From Macrostomum lignano (taxonomy: Eukaryota): a DNA stretch of 64,000 bases. The DNA is taken from positions 248,001-312,000 of the forward strand of contig NIVC01000107.1 of the NCBI GenBank assembly GCA_002269645.1. The letters run 5' to 3'. Made by a program: the position numbers and the translations under genes. The notes below the pieces were generated by a model. That model saw only the letters and a program-made list of their open reading frames with translations. It did not search any database and was not told the DNA's origin. This document shows, in pieces, positions 48,048 to 58,818 of this stretch (position 1 is its first letter; the number at the start of each line of letters is the position of its first letter).

Positions 48048-49004
48048 CTGGCTGTGAGACTGCGGCCGGCTGACGGACAGATAGTCGGCCTTGGCTCTGT
48101 GCTCTATATTTACATTTTGCTAACCCGAGTGGCACCTGTCTTCGGATTTGCGCTGCCTGTAGAAACCTGTGATAAAACAGCCAGTGGCTGCGTGCTTATT
48201 GAATCAAAATTGTTTAGAATTCCATCCGCTTTGGTACTTGCAAAGATTGAATTGGCTTGAAAAGTCTATAATTAGAATATTTAATCAAAATTTGATTTCT
48301 ACTTCAAGGATCATTCGCAATTTTTATTTCCCTTATCTGGGCCTCGCTTTGCTACTTATGCTTGACAGTCAGTAGTATAGAGTGCTTTGCGCTTTTTATT
48401 TGTTCGTGTAATCGAGAACTATGCTGTAGACTTTATAAATAGAAAGCTTAATAATATTATTTATTTTACAATCTTAATTAATTAGCATTGCTCGCTTGCG
48501 CTTAAGACTATTTTTATTCATCGACAAATATTCGCGAAAATGGCTCCAGTTTTGGTGTTGAAACATGCCTTGAGAGAAACTGACCGCCTTTTACCTTAAC
48601 CTGCAATTATCAGTGCAGTTTTAAGCCTTTGGCCTGTAGTGAATGAATATGACAAACATTTATGCCGGATTTTATACCCAACATTTCTGTTCACTTGATC
48701 AGAAGAAAGCTTTGCTGACTAATATTTTTGGGGTTGTTTTCTTTAATTTTAAAAAAATTGCTTTAGTCTCGAAATTTTATCAGGAATTTTTTATTCCTGT
48801 CTGGGATTTCATTAACTTACAACTTATTTTGTTTAGAAAATTCACTTTTTGGAAATTTGGGAAAAATAATAATTAATAATTAATTACAACAGCCCCCAGC
48901 TATTGCGCGGCGCATCTGAAGGCTGATCAGTCCAAATGCTGGCATGATGAAGTCTGCAATGAATTACCAGCAATGCGCTGCTCAGGAGCACAAATTGTTG
49001 CAGT

Positions 49005-49092
49005 GTTATCGGAAATCGAACTCCGGACCTTCTAGCCACTAGGCTTACAGTCTTCTTCACGACTTCTAAATATACTAAATCCACTATACTAA
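49005..49092 (-). other. Possible tRNA-derived SINE head or tRNA pseudogene
   Basis: A-box-like tagtatagtgg and B-box-like ggagttcgatttcc on the minus strand; no convincing cloverleaf. Confidence 0.3.
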
Positions 49093-50111
49093 AAATAAAA
49101 TGCTTAAATAATTTCTTTGTACTTTCCTGTCGCATGAGTCATGAACTCGTGCTCAGTTTCCAGTGAAACTCCAGCCAGTTGTGAGGAATTCATTCAGCTT
49201 TAGAACGACACCAAGTTTGTTAAAATCGGTTCTGCTATTCCGGAGTTATTGGGAACCTTGTGCGGGACAGTTAAGGCTTCTCCGTCTATTTTCTAGAAAC
49301 GAACTGGCCTTAGGACATCCTGGGGTCAAGGCCGTTAGAGCTGACCCCAATAAATAAACAAAGCGCAGTCGTCCTTCATCTGAGCTGGGGGCCTTGGCCG
49401 CAGAAATTTATCTGTTGCTCGGCCTGGGTTGTTATTTCTGAGTCTTCTGATAAGCGCAGGAATACAATCTTGATCAGGTCATAAACAGGCCTAGCGTGCA
49501 TGCGGTGGGGAAGGCGGGGTGACGCGATCGATTCTTTTAGCGATAAACACAAAAACACGCGAGCGGCTCGGCTCGCCTGACCAACGCGGACAAACTTGAA
49601 GACTGCACCGGCGCAAATTCTCTTGCCGCGGGAGAACATGGAACTGCGGGGGGCGGGGGGAACGGGGTGGGTGTGACGTGCGCGCTCAGCCGGCGCCTGT
49701 TTTGCACTTGACCAGGCGCGTCTCGTGACTCACGCGGGGGGGTGGGGCGGCTGGCCGCCCTTTCTCTGTACGCGCCAACCCCCCTCTCAAAGCCTCTCGC
49801 CCTTAATTTGGGCAGGCGTGCAGTGGCGGGCGGGTGTTTGCGCTTGCGCTCCGCGTGCTGGCTCGCAGTGTTTGCGTCCCCCGCAGTTTTATGGCCATTT
49901 TGGCTTTAAGGGGGCGGTGGACGGTCATTCGCCCAGCCAGCCGGCGGGCTAAGGAAAGATTTATATTAAAGCCCCAAAATTGCGCACAGACTGACTGTTT
50001 ATTCTGCCCGAGTGAACCCTTAAGCTCAACCGTATTGAACTGAGCGACTGCCCGAGAGCTGCTGCCCAAGCCTTACTGCGGAATTTATTGATTAGAAAGA
50101 AAGCGCAGGAA

Positions 50112-50402
50112 ATGAGACAGCGCCGATTCGCCATGGCCAGCCTGCCTCCTTATGTGCCCGCTTCGATAGAGCAGCCCGCCGACCGCGGCGGCGGCGACCA
50201 CTCAGCCGCGTCTCCTGGGCCGCTCAATCGCGCTGAGTCCCCCTTGACGGCGGCAGGCAGCTCCCGGCTCAGGCAGCGGCGGAATGCTGTGTACTGCCGG
50301 CCGCCGGAGCTGGACCGCCTGCTGGGACTGCCGGCCGGGGCCTGGGTGGCCGACCTGCTGACCGATGACCGGACGGAGTCTGCTGAAGAGGCCGGACGAT
50401 GA
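50112..50402 (+). CDS. Small hypothetical protein (96 aa) with an RRNAV motif
   Basis: GC-rich ORF downstream of a GC-rich promoter-like region (49650-50000), in an otherwise AT-rich context; no family recognised. Confidence 0.35.
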   Translation: MRQRRFAMASLPPYVPASIEQPADRGGGDHSAASPGPLNRAESPLTAAGSSRLRQRRNAVYCRPPELDRLLGLPAGAWVADLLTDDRTESAEEAGR

Positions 50403-51229
50403 TTGTCTAATTGAATTTGGCAAATCGGACTGAATCACAGACTTCCTGCAACAATATGCATTTTCCGGTCGGAAATTTTTGAATTTTCAGTTTCAAAAAT
50501 CAAGTGGCGCGAATTCAAACTATATAAATGTTTGATACTGCAAGTAGTATTTGTGTTGACCTCGTTTTGATTTGTTTAATATTGAATTTGCATTGTCCAG
50601 GCGAGCATGCACACTCGGTTTTGCTCTGTTCTTTATGTACTATAAGCCCTGTAACATGCACTTTTAGTTAAACTAGTGCGGTGTCGCATTGCCACTTTTG
50701 TAAACTTTATTGCGAGCGGGAATATGTATATATATAAGGGTGCATTTCTGTCTGTTACGTAAAAAATTGTTACCAAGTTGTAAAATTTACATCCTTGATC
50801 GTGTATACTTCATTTCAAGTCTTTGTATTTTGCTCTCGGCTTTGCACCGCGTTGCGTCATTGCCGGTTAAATATATCTCAGTAAAATGATCGATTCTGTG
50901 CCGGAGTTCCAGTCCAGCAGTCACAGACTTTCTGCTTCCCAAAATGAAAACGTCTTGCACTGACTGAGCAGATGCTCACAACAGATGATGGCGCAGCTGC
51001 CGCAGTTGCTTGACTACTAGTAATTATTCGATTCGAATCGGATCTGGCGAGTAATTATCATAAATTAGATGTAGGAAATGGGAACTGATTTGAGTCTGCA
51101 ACACCTGCCATCCGCACGTCCGACGAAAATCCGGGTTGTTGTGCGACACTGGACAGCATTTGGCTGCTTTTTTTGCAATCGTATCTTTGCAATTGTTGTA
51201 ATGTATAACTCATAGCTCAACAAAGTCAC

Positions 51230-51945
51230 TCAGCTCAGTGATGTCACACACAGCGCAGCGATGCGACTCACACCTCGGCAATGTCACTTATAGCTCAGTG
51301 ATAAGAGTCACAGCTCTGCAATGTCACTCACAGCTCAGTGATAAGAGTCACAGCTTTGCAATGTCACTCACAGCTCAGTGATAAGAGTCACAGCTCTGCA
51401 ATGTCACTCACAGCTCAGTGATAAGAGTCACAGCTCTGCAATGTCACTCACAGCTCAGTGATAAGAGTCACAGCTCTGCAATGTCACTCACAGCTCAGTG
51501 ATAAGAGTCACAGCTCTGCAATGTCACTCACAGCTCAGTGATAAGAGTCACAGCTCTGCAATGTCACTCACAGCTCAGTGATAAGAGTCACAGCTCTGCA
51601 ATGTCACTCACAGCTCAGTGATAAGAGTCACAGCTCTGCAATGTCACTCACAGCTCAGTGATAAGAGTCACAGCTCTGCAATGTCACTCACAGCTCAGTG
51701 ATAAGAGTCACAGCTCTGCAATGTCACTCACAGCTCAGTGATAAGAGTCACAGCTCTGCAATGTCACTCACAGCTCAGTGATAAGAGTCACAGCTCTGCA
51801 ATGTCACTCACAGCTCAGTGATAAGAGTCACAGCTCTGCAATGTCACTCACAGCTCAGTGATAAGAGTCACAGCTCTGCAATGTCACTCACAGCTCAGTA
51901 ATAAGAGTCACAGCTGTGCAATGTAACTCACAGCTCAACAATGTC
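51230..51945 (+). repeat. Second, unrelated 40-bp satellite (ataagagtcacagctctgcaatgtcactcacagctcagtg)
   Basis: About 15 nearly identical units, each built from two related 20-bp halves (tcacagctc). Confidence 0.96.
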
Positions 51946-52559
51946 ACTCGAAAAATTGGCTGAGTCGAAAAACTATAGCTGTTTTTGTTAAATATCAATT
52001 AGCATGACCTGATTGACCAGGGTAAAGTATAGAAGTTTTATTGAAGTCAAACTGCCTGCTGGTTTCAGTAAAAAAAACCATTTTATTGTTGATCGATCAT
52101 CGTACGGACGAACCAGGCGATCTCCCATGTACACATGCAGTATCTCTGGAAACCACGCAGAAAACCCTAATTTACAGGTACTATTTAGTCAAAGCAGAAA
52201 AATAGGCTAAGTTTTTTGAACTAATACTACTAAAAGTACGAGATCATTGCACGCTACTCTTGTGCAGCCCTTACGAGGGTATAACCAGAAAATGTAGCGA
52301 AGCGATGCTCAGCTGAAAGTTCGATCGTCATGTCTATACAATGCATGCATTGCTGAAAATCCCTGGGTGGGAGAGCGAGACCACGGCAGTGGTTCTACTC
52401 GGATTCAGCTTGCGCTACTACGGCCGCTAATTAAATAGTTTCTGCTCTGTCAGCTTTTGTCCGGTCTTGAGCAAAGCCACGCTAGTACGCTCCGTAAACT
52501 GAGTATAGACGTCATGCACAACACAGAGCAGACTCGTTTTCGCACTTTCAATCTGTTCC

Positions 52560-52878
52560 CCAACCACTTTCCCTAACGACCCCTTTCCCAAACTCTTTTC
52601 CCCAACCCGGCCCTTTCCCAAACTCTTCCCCAACCCCTTTCCCAAACTCTTCCCCAACCCCTTTCCCAAACTCTTCCCCAACCCCATTCCCAAACTCTTC
52701 CCCAACCCCTTTTCCCAAACTCTTCCCCAAACTCTTCCCCAACCCCTTTCCCAAACTCTTCCCCAACCCGGCCCTTTCCCAAACTCTTCCCCAACCCCTT
52801 TCCCAAACTCTTTTCCCCAACCCCTTTCCCAAACTCTTCCCCAACCCCTTTCCCAAACTCTTCCCCAACCCCTTTCCC
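52560..52878 (+). repeat. C-rich ~22-bp minisatellite (ccccaacccctttcccaaactctt)
   Basis: Begins exactly where the Gypsy integrase remnant ends. Confidence 0.9.
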
Positions 52879-52931
52879 GTCCTTGTTCATGCCGGCCCAC
52901 ACGAACTTAGCGGCCACGAGGCGCTGCGTGC
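52879..52931 (-). mobile_element. Distal stub of the Gypsy element (integrase zinc-finger continuation)
   Basis: Reads TQRLVAAKFVWAGMNKD, continuing IHGLAHPSVRSTQRL from ~58830. Confidence 0.85.
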
Positions 52932-53169
52932 ACGCGAAGGCGTATTCAGCATGCCAGTGAAGTATGAGACAGACTAGGCCTACGAGCTAAGGTCTGCGAT
53001 GCTTCACGCCTGCCCCTATCTTCAGCAGGTCAAGGCTGGTGGGAGGTCTGCACCCTCTATTTGCCTCTGGCAGCCGCAGACCCCCCCCCACGCTGTCTCG
53101 CAAGTCGACCCAGGATACTCGTCCCCGCGTGTGTTCAAGGCAGTCCCTAGGGCTGCTGGACAGACTGGG
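52930..53169 (+). ncRNA. Putative HDV-like self-cleaving ribozyme at the LINE 5' end (copy B)
   Basis: P1 52930-52936/53126-53132 (G.U at +1), P2 53109-53112/53166-53169, P3 53113-53115/53123-53125 (A.C mismatch), L3 UACUCGU, P1.1 AC/GU 53133-53134, P4 53135-53160, J4/2 CAGA with C53161. Confidence 0.7.
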
Positions 53170-53447
53170 CTCCGGCGCTGGCGACCCTATCCAGTGGCTT
53201 CGGCCGAATTTGGGTATGCGGGTCTGGCTCGCCAACCTGCAGGCCGTGGTACTGCTCAACGTACTCTCTAATGCCTAAGGTGTTGACCGTGCCGATGGGC
53301 TGGAAGGCCGGGGAGTAGTCCGGTCGCAAGCGGTCCCCCTCCTGGTGTCGGGCCAGCCTTGAGGGTGCTATTGGCCTACTGCCCGGTCAGGTGGAGCGGC
53401 CGGGTGGGTACCGCGCCCCTTTGAGGGTAGCCCACCAACCTTCTATC

Positions 53448-54862
53448 ATGGCCTTCGAGCCGTCTATGGATAAACAAGCTATTTCTAGGGACGGGGACCC
53501 TTCTAAACCCCAACCTCAGTCCGAAGGACCGGCCGGCCCTGCTGGCAGATCCCAACCGACTGATTCAACTGTGGCAAAGGAAGGACCGGCTGGCTCTGCT
53601 GGCAGATCCGACCAGAGCTACCAAACTCAAAATACCTAAAGACCTGCCAGCTCCGCTGGTGGATCTAAGGGAACCGCGAGCTCTGAGCCTAAAGGACCGG
53701 CCAAATCTGGCAGATCCGACGAAGCTCAGCGGGCTCGGCTTGAGCGCAAACGCGCTAAACAACGCGCCAAAAGGCAGGCCAAGAAGGGAGCTGCGGGGGC
53801 CAAAGCGGCGGCGTCCACCATGGATGCTGAAGCGACTGGCGTCCCAAGGCAACCAGACGGGCCGGCCGGTGGAAGCTCCGGTAGTTCAGCGGCGGCGCTC
53901 CCTGGAGATGCTGCTGCGGCTGCTGAGGCCGAAACCACGGCGCAACAAATGGCCACTGCCAACAAGGAGGTTCCTTCGGGAGCTACCTTTGCGGCGAAGG
54001 CCAAGGCCAAAATCCCGGGAGTGATCATCCAAGGTCGCGACCAGGACTGGACCACTGATCAGCTTCAAAAAGTGTGGAGTGCTGTTGATTCCTATCTGAT
54101 TGAGCTGACTGTCGAGGAGGGAATCTCCATCGGCATTGAGCGGATGGTGCTGCGAAGCACATTCGTTCTTATTGCTCCTAGCAGCGAGGAGGACGCTCGG
54201 CAGCTGCTCCAGCGGCTACCGACGGTCTCCTTGGATGCTGACCTTGGCGGAGCTCTTTTTCTTCGCGAGGGCCAGCGTCCAAAGACGATACCCTATGTGG
54301 TTTTCGTCCCTGCTAAGAGCACCGCAGCTGGACCAGACGTTATTCGCCGGGTCCTACTGCGTCTGAACCCCGACCTCCCTGCTAGTGGACTGGTGTATCA
54401 CCGCAAAGTCCGCAGGGGGGAGACGGGCAACTCAATTGTCCTCGGCCTTTCCAGCACTTGGGCGAGTCGGTACCCTAATGATCCTCTTTCCAGCTGGGTG
54501 CCCTCAAGCTCAAGATGCGCCGAGGAAAGTCTGCCAAAGGGAAGGCTACTGCCAACCCCGGCATCTCCGGCAAGAGCGGGGCGCAGTCTAAGGCCCAAGG
54601 AAAGGCGCAAGCCGATCCCAAAGCCAAAGCTGCGTCTCGCCCCTCTGCTAGCAGCAGTTCGGCGACCGCGGTAACGGCTCCGGCCAAGCCCCGGGAACCA
54701 AACCTGCCAGTCGGAGAAGGAGTTGAGGACGAGGCCGGGTCTTCGGAATCCGAGCTCTCCTCGGCCACCCTGGTGGGGTCTGAAGGTAAAGATGCAGGTG
54801 AGGAAGCTTCCTCCATCCTGTCATCGGAGCCTGAGGACTCTGCTGGGGGGCCGGGGGGGTGA
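53448..54862 (+). CDS. LINE ORF1 protein, copy B (frameshifts near 53640 and 54480)
   Basis: Basic/low-complexity N-terminus and a central domain homologous to copy A ORF1; pieces correspond to track ORFs 53391-53639, 53820-54674 and 54515-54862. Confidence 0.7.
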
Positions 54863-54989
54863 GGAGGCCATGGACGTCGACCAACTCCCATCTCCCAGTC
54901 AAGCCCCAGCGGCCTGGGACGAGGACGATCTGTTGTCCAAGTCTCCTTGATGGCCCTGGGCTCTAGCCAGAAATTGCATTTAATACAGT

Positions 54990-57900
54990 ATGACTAAGCT
55001 CCACGCTGCCAAAGGAGCGACATTCTGTCTGCAAATTAATTTACAGCATTGCGTATCTGCGTCACTAAATCTGATGAAGATTGCTGAGCTGTACAGGCCA
55101 GGCCTCATCCTGATCCAGGAACCCTGGATGCGCAACGGTAAGTTGCCCAACATTCCCTCTGGCTACTCTGATTTTTATGTGTGTGGCCCGGGGAACAGTC
55201 GCCCTAGAGCGGCTATCCTCGCTGCTAGCCATCTCCAGGCTTGGCTGAGGACTGATCTCTCTGATGGAGACCTTTGCGTCATCCAATCTAATCATTTCTC
55301 TCCGCGTACGTGTCTTGTTGCCTCGGTTTATATCCCAGGCGACAGAGACCCTGCTCCTGAGAGTTTACTGCGCCTCGCGCAGTACTGCGAGTCCCAGAAC
55401 GCTGAGCTGTGCTTAGGGGGCGACCTCAACGCGCACCACAAGCACTGGGGCAGCAAAGATACCAACACTAGAGGAGAGGAGCTTCTGGCCCTCATCTCTA
55501 ACACAAACCTCATGCTCTGCAACCGCGGCAGCACTCCTACCTTTAATAATGGCAGATGGACCGAGGTCCTCGACGCCACACTCGTTACCCCAAGACTCTT
55601 TGACAGAGTCCAGGAGTGGAGAGTCTGGTCCGAGGAGCCCTCCCTGTCTGACCACTGCTTTATCGCCTTTAACATCGCGGACACTAAAACCCAGTCTCCG
55701 ATCACTTGGAGACGCAATATCCGCAACACTGATTGGGCGGCCTACAAGGCTGCCCTTGATCTGCACCTGCAGGAACTCACGGACTTACGTCCGATTGAGA
55801 CCTGCGAGGATGTGGATCATATGGCTGAGACGCTGACAGGTTGCATTATTGAAGCCTACGAAGCGGCTTGTCCTGCTCGCGCCTACAAAGGCAAGACCTC
55901 GGCGCCGTGGTGGAACCCGGAGCTGGGGAAACTCAGGCGGAAGGCCAAAAGCCTTCATCGCCGTGCCATGAAGACCGGAAACCCGGAGGACATGGAGCTT
56001 TTCCGGCAAGCCTCCCGCAATTTCAAATCTGAAGTGCGCAAGGCCAAGGAATGTAAGTGGCGCCAATTCTGCAATGAATTGGATCAAGACAGACCTACTT
56101 CTAGGCTTGTCAAGGCCCTTACAATGGACAAAATGTCCAAATTAGCCATGATCAAAAAAGATGATGGCTCTCTTACTAAAGACCCTGAAGAAGTGCTTCA
56201 GCATATGCTTAGCACATTCTTCCCGAGGGTACCTACTGCTAGACCGGAGCCCAACCATTCGATGGATGGAGCCACCCTAGCGGCGGGCATTGTCACTGAA
56301 GACCTAATCGCTCGTGCGGTCAGAACCTTCAAACCCTTCAAATCTCCTGGACCTGATGGTATCTACCCTGTTCTCCTTCGTGAAGCAGCCAAGATACCTC
56401 GTTCCTGAGACTCACCCGCAATCTTATGCGGGCCTCTATCCAGCTGGGATACGTTCCCAAATGCTGGACTGAAGCTCGGGTAGTCTTTATTCCCAAACCT
56501 GGGAAGGGCGACTACCAAAGCGTCAAGGCCTTCCGGCCTATTAGCTTAACGTCAGCAATGCTTAAGCTCACTGAGAGGCTTATTCTCTGGCGGCTGCTGT
56601 CCTGCGAGCTGACAGCGATGCCCCTCAGCAATAATCAGCACGCCTTCCGTACCGGGAGGTCGACTGACAGCGCCTGCATGCGATTGTCGAGAAGATTGAA
56701 CGGGCGGTACTGGGTGACGGTTACGCTCTGGCTCTCTTTCTTGACATTGTTGGCGCCTTCGACAACGTTATCTTTGAAGCGTTTCAGAGGGCCCTTCAAA
56801 ATCGCAAAGCTCATGCTACCCTCATACGGTGGATCATGTACATGATCTCCAACCGTACGGTCACTGCCCAACTTCTTGGGCAAACTGCCTCCACCAGAGT
56901 CTGTAAGGGTGGACCCCAAGGCGGAGTCCTCACCCCGACGCTCTGGAACCTGGTCATGGACGCTCTTTTGAGTGACTCCCGACCCGACCCCGTCTTCAAA
57001 GTCGGGTATGCTGATGACGTCACGGCCATTGTGGCAGGACCGTCTCCCAGCACGCTCAGGGATCTGATGCAGAGCTTTATCCGCAAAGCAGAATCCTGGG
57101 CCAATGACAATGGTCTGGAACTCTCTGAGCCCAAAACCGTTGCCATTATGTTTACCAGCAGACTACGCTGGAACATACGTCCTCTGCAGCTCTACGGCAG
57201 AGATATTGCCTTCGCGCACCAGACCAGATGTCTCGGGGTCATACTTGACCACCGGCTCAACTGGTCCTCCCACGTGAAAGCAAAAGCCAAGCGTGCCTCA
57301 GCCATCCTGGCCCAGCTCCGACGAGCACTTGGCACTTCTTGGGGTCTATCCCCAAAGCGGCTTTGGTGGATCTATACTTCCGTAGTTAGACCTGCCATTA
57401 CGTACGCCTCTGTTGTCTGGGTTAGCGCTACCCAGGTCAAAAGCCATGCAGACCTGCTCAACACGATCCAAGGCAGAGCGTGTAGGCTCATCTGCAACGC
57501 CACCAGGTCCACGCCCTTTGCTGGCATGGGGGCCTTCCTTAATCTTCCGCCTCTTGACCTCTTCATCAGGGGTGAGGCGGCTAGAACGACGCGGCGTCTA
57601 ATTGATGCCGGCGTCAAATTCATTTACATGAGAGCACCTGCTAAGCGGAACCTTGTCCCGCATAGCGATCTGTGCCTCAACTTTCTCAACGAGTGTCAGG
57701 CCAATCGCGTCTTCACCGATGGCATTGCCTCAACGCTCAACCTGAGACAGCGCTACTCCGTAGCTATCGACTCGCGCGATAACATCAATGACCAATGGAA
57801 CCCTGGTGAGCTTCATTGCTACACCGACGGTTCTAAGCAGTCAGCCAACACCGCTGGTGTTGGAATCTTTCTGAACGGGAGGGTCATCGCTACCCACGCT

Positions 57901-58725
57901 CAATACACTGGGGTCAACTCCAGTGTTTTCCAAAATGAAGTTCTGGCCATCAGCTCCTGCACTGCAGAGCTTCTCGCCACTGGCGTTACTGGTAAGAACA
58001 TCATTTTCCATTCGGACAGCCAAGCTGCCTTGCACGCCATCAGTGGCTGCAGCACCAACTCTGCTACAGTCCTCGACTGTATCAAACTCCTCAACATGTT
58101 GGGTTCCGCCAACAAAATTACCCTTAAGTGGGTTCCGGGGCATGTGGGGATCCGAGGAAATGAGTTGGCTGACACCCTTGCAAAAGTTGGTGCCTCCGGC
58201 TCCTCTCTCGGTCCCGAACCTCTTGTCCCGATTCCTGGCTGTGTCATCGACTCGCGCATCAAAGCGTGGATCAGGACTCAGCACCGCTCGACTTGGGCGA
58301 ACCGCACGAACTGCAGGCAATCCAGAGGCGCTGTCCCTCAGCCCTCTCACCAGCTCCGGAAGCTCCTCTTGCGCCTCTCGCGCAGAGACATCCGGGCTGC
58401 CACCATGACCCTCTCTGGTCACGGCTGCTTCTCCAGGCACCAGTACCTGCAGGGCAACGCCACCAACGCCACCTGTAGCTTCTGCAACTCAGGTGACGAA
58501 ACCGCTGAGCATTTCGTCAGCATCTGTCCCGCCTTCACGCGGGCCAGACTCACTTACCTCGGGCCACACACATCTATTACTGAAGCGTGCAAACCCGAAA
58601 ACTTTAATCAGCTCATGCGCTACCTTCGGGCCACCCGCAGGGCTGAACTCTCCTTTCCAGAGAGCACCATAGCTGCTGGCGACACTGGGGGACCTCCCTG
58701 GGCGGCGCCAACCCTCCGTCCATAG
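54990..58725 (+). CDS. LINE ORF2: AP endonuclease, reverse transcriptase, RNase H and C-terminal Cys/His motif (frameshifts near 56395 and 56670)
   Basis: QINLQH, LIQEPW, GGDLNAHH-WGS, LSDH (APE); KSPGPDGI, FRPISL, GPQGGVLTP, YADD (RT); YTDGS, NEVLAI, SDSQAA, WVPGHVGIRGNELAD (RNase H); CSFCNSGDETAEH. Confidence 0.95.
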
Positions 58726-58818
58726 CGACGCGTCGGCCGTTCAGGGACTAGCGGAATGGGCGCCCGCGCCTTCCCGCTGTGTCCCCTTCGGGACAGCCCT
58801 GCAGCTAAGTCAAGTAAA

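Larger units (their letters stand above)
52930..58818 (+). mobile_element. Full-length non-LTR retrotransposon (I-group, Loa/Lian-like), copy B, with a 14-bp TSD
   Basis: TSD gaggcgctgcgtgc at 52918-52931 and 58819-58832; 5' ribozyme-like UTR; ORF1; ORF2 APE-RT-RNase H-Cys/His; 3' end ctaagtcaagtaaa. Confidence 0.95.

Noticed and set aside
53190-53230. ggcttcggccgaatttgggt as the ribozyme P4/J4-2/P2
   Set aside because: It looks like the HDV CGAA-UGGG end but leaves two extra nucleotides before P2 and no P4 base continuous with P1.1; the proximal CAGA/CUGGG solution fits the topology better.
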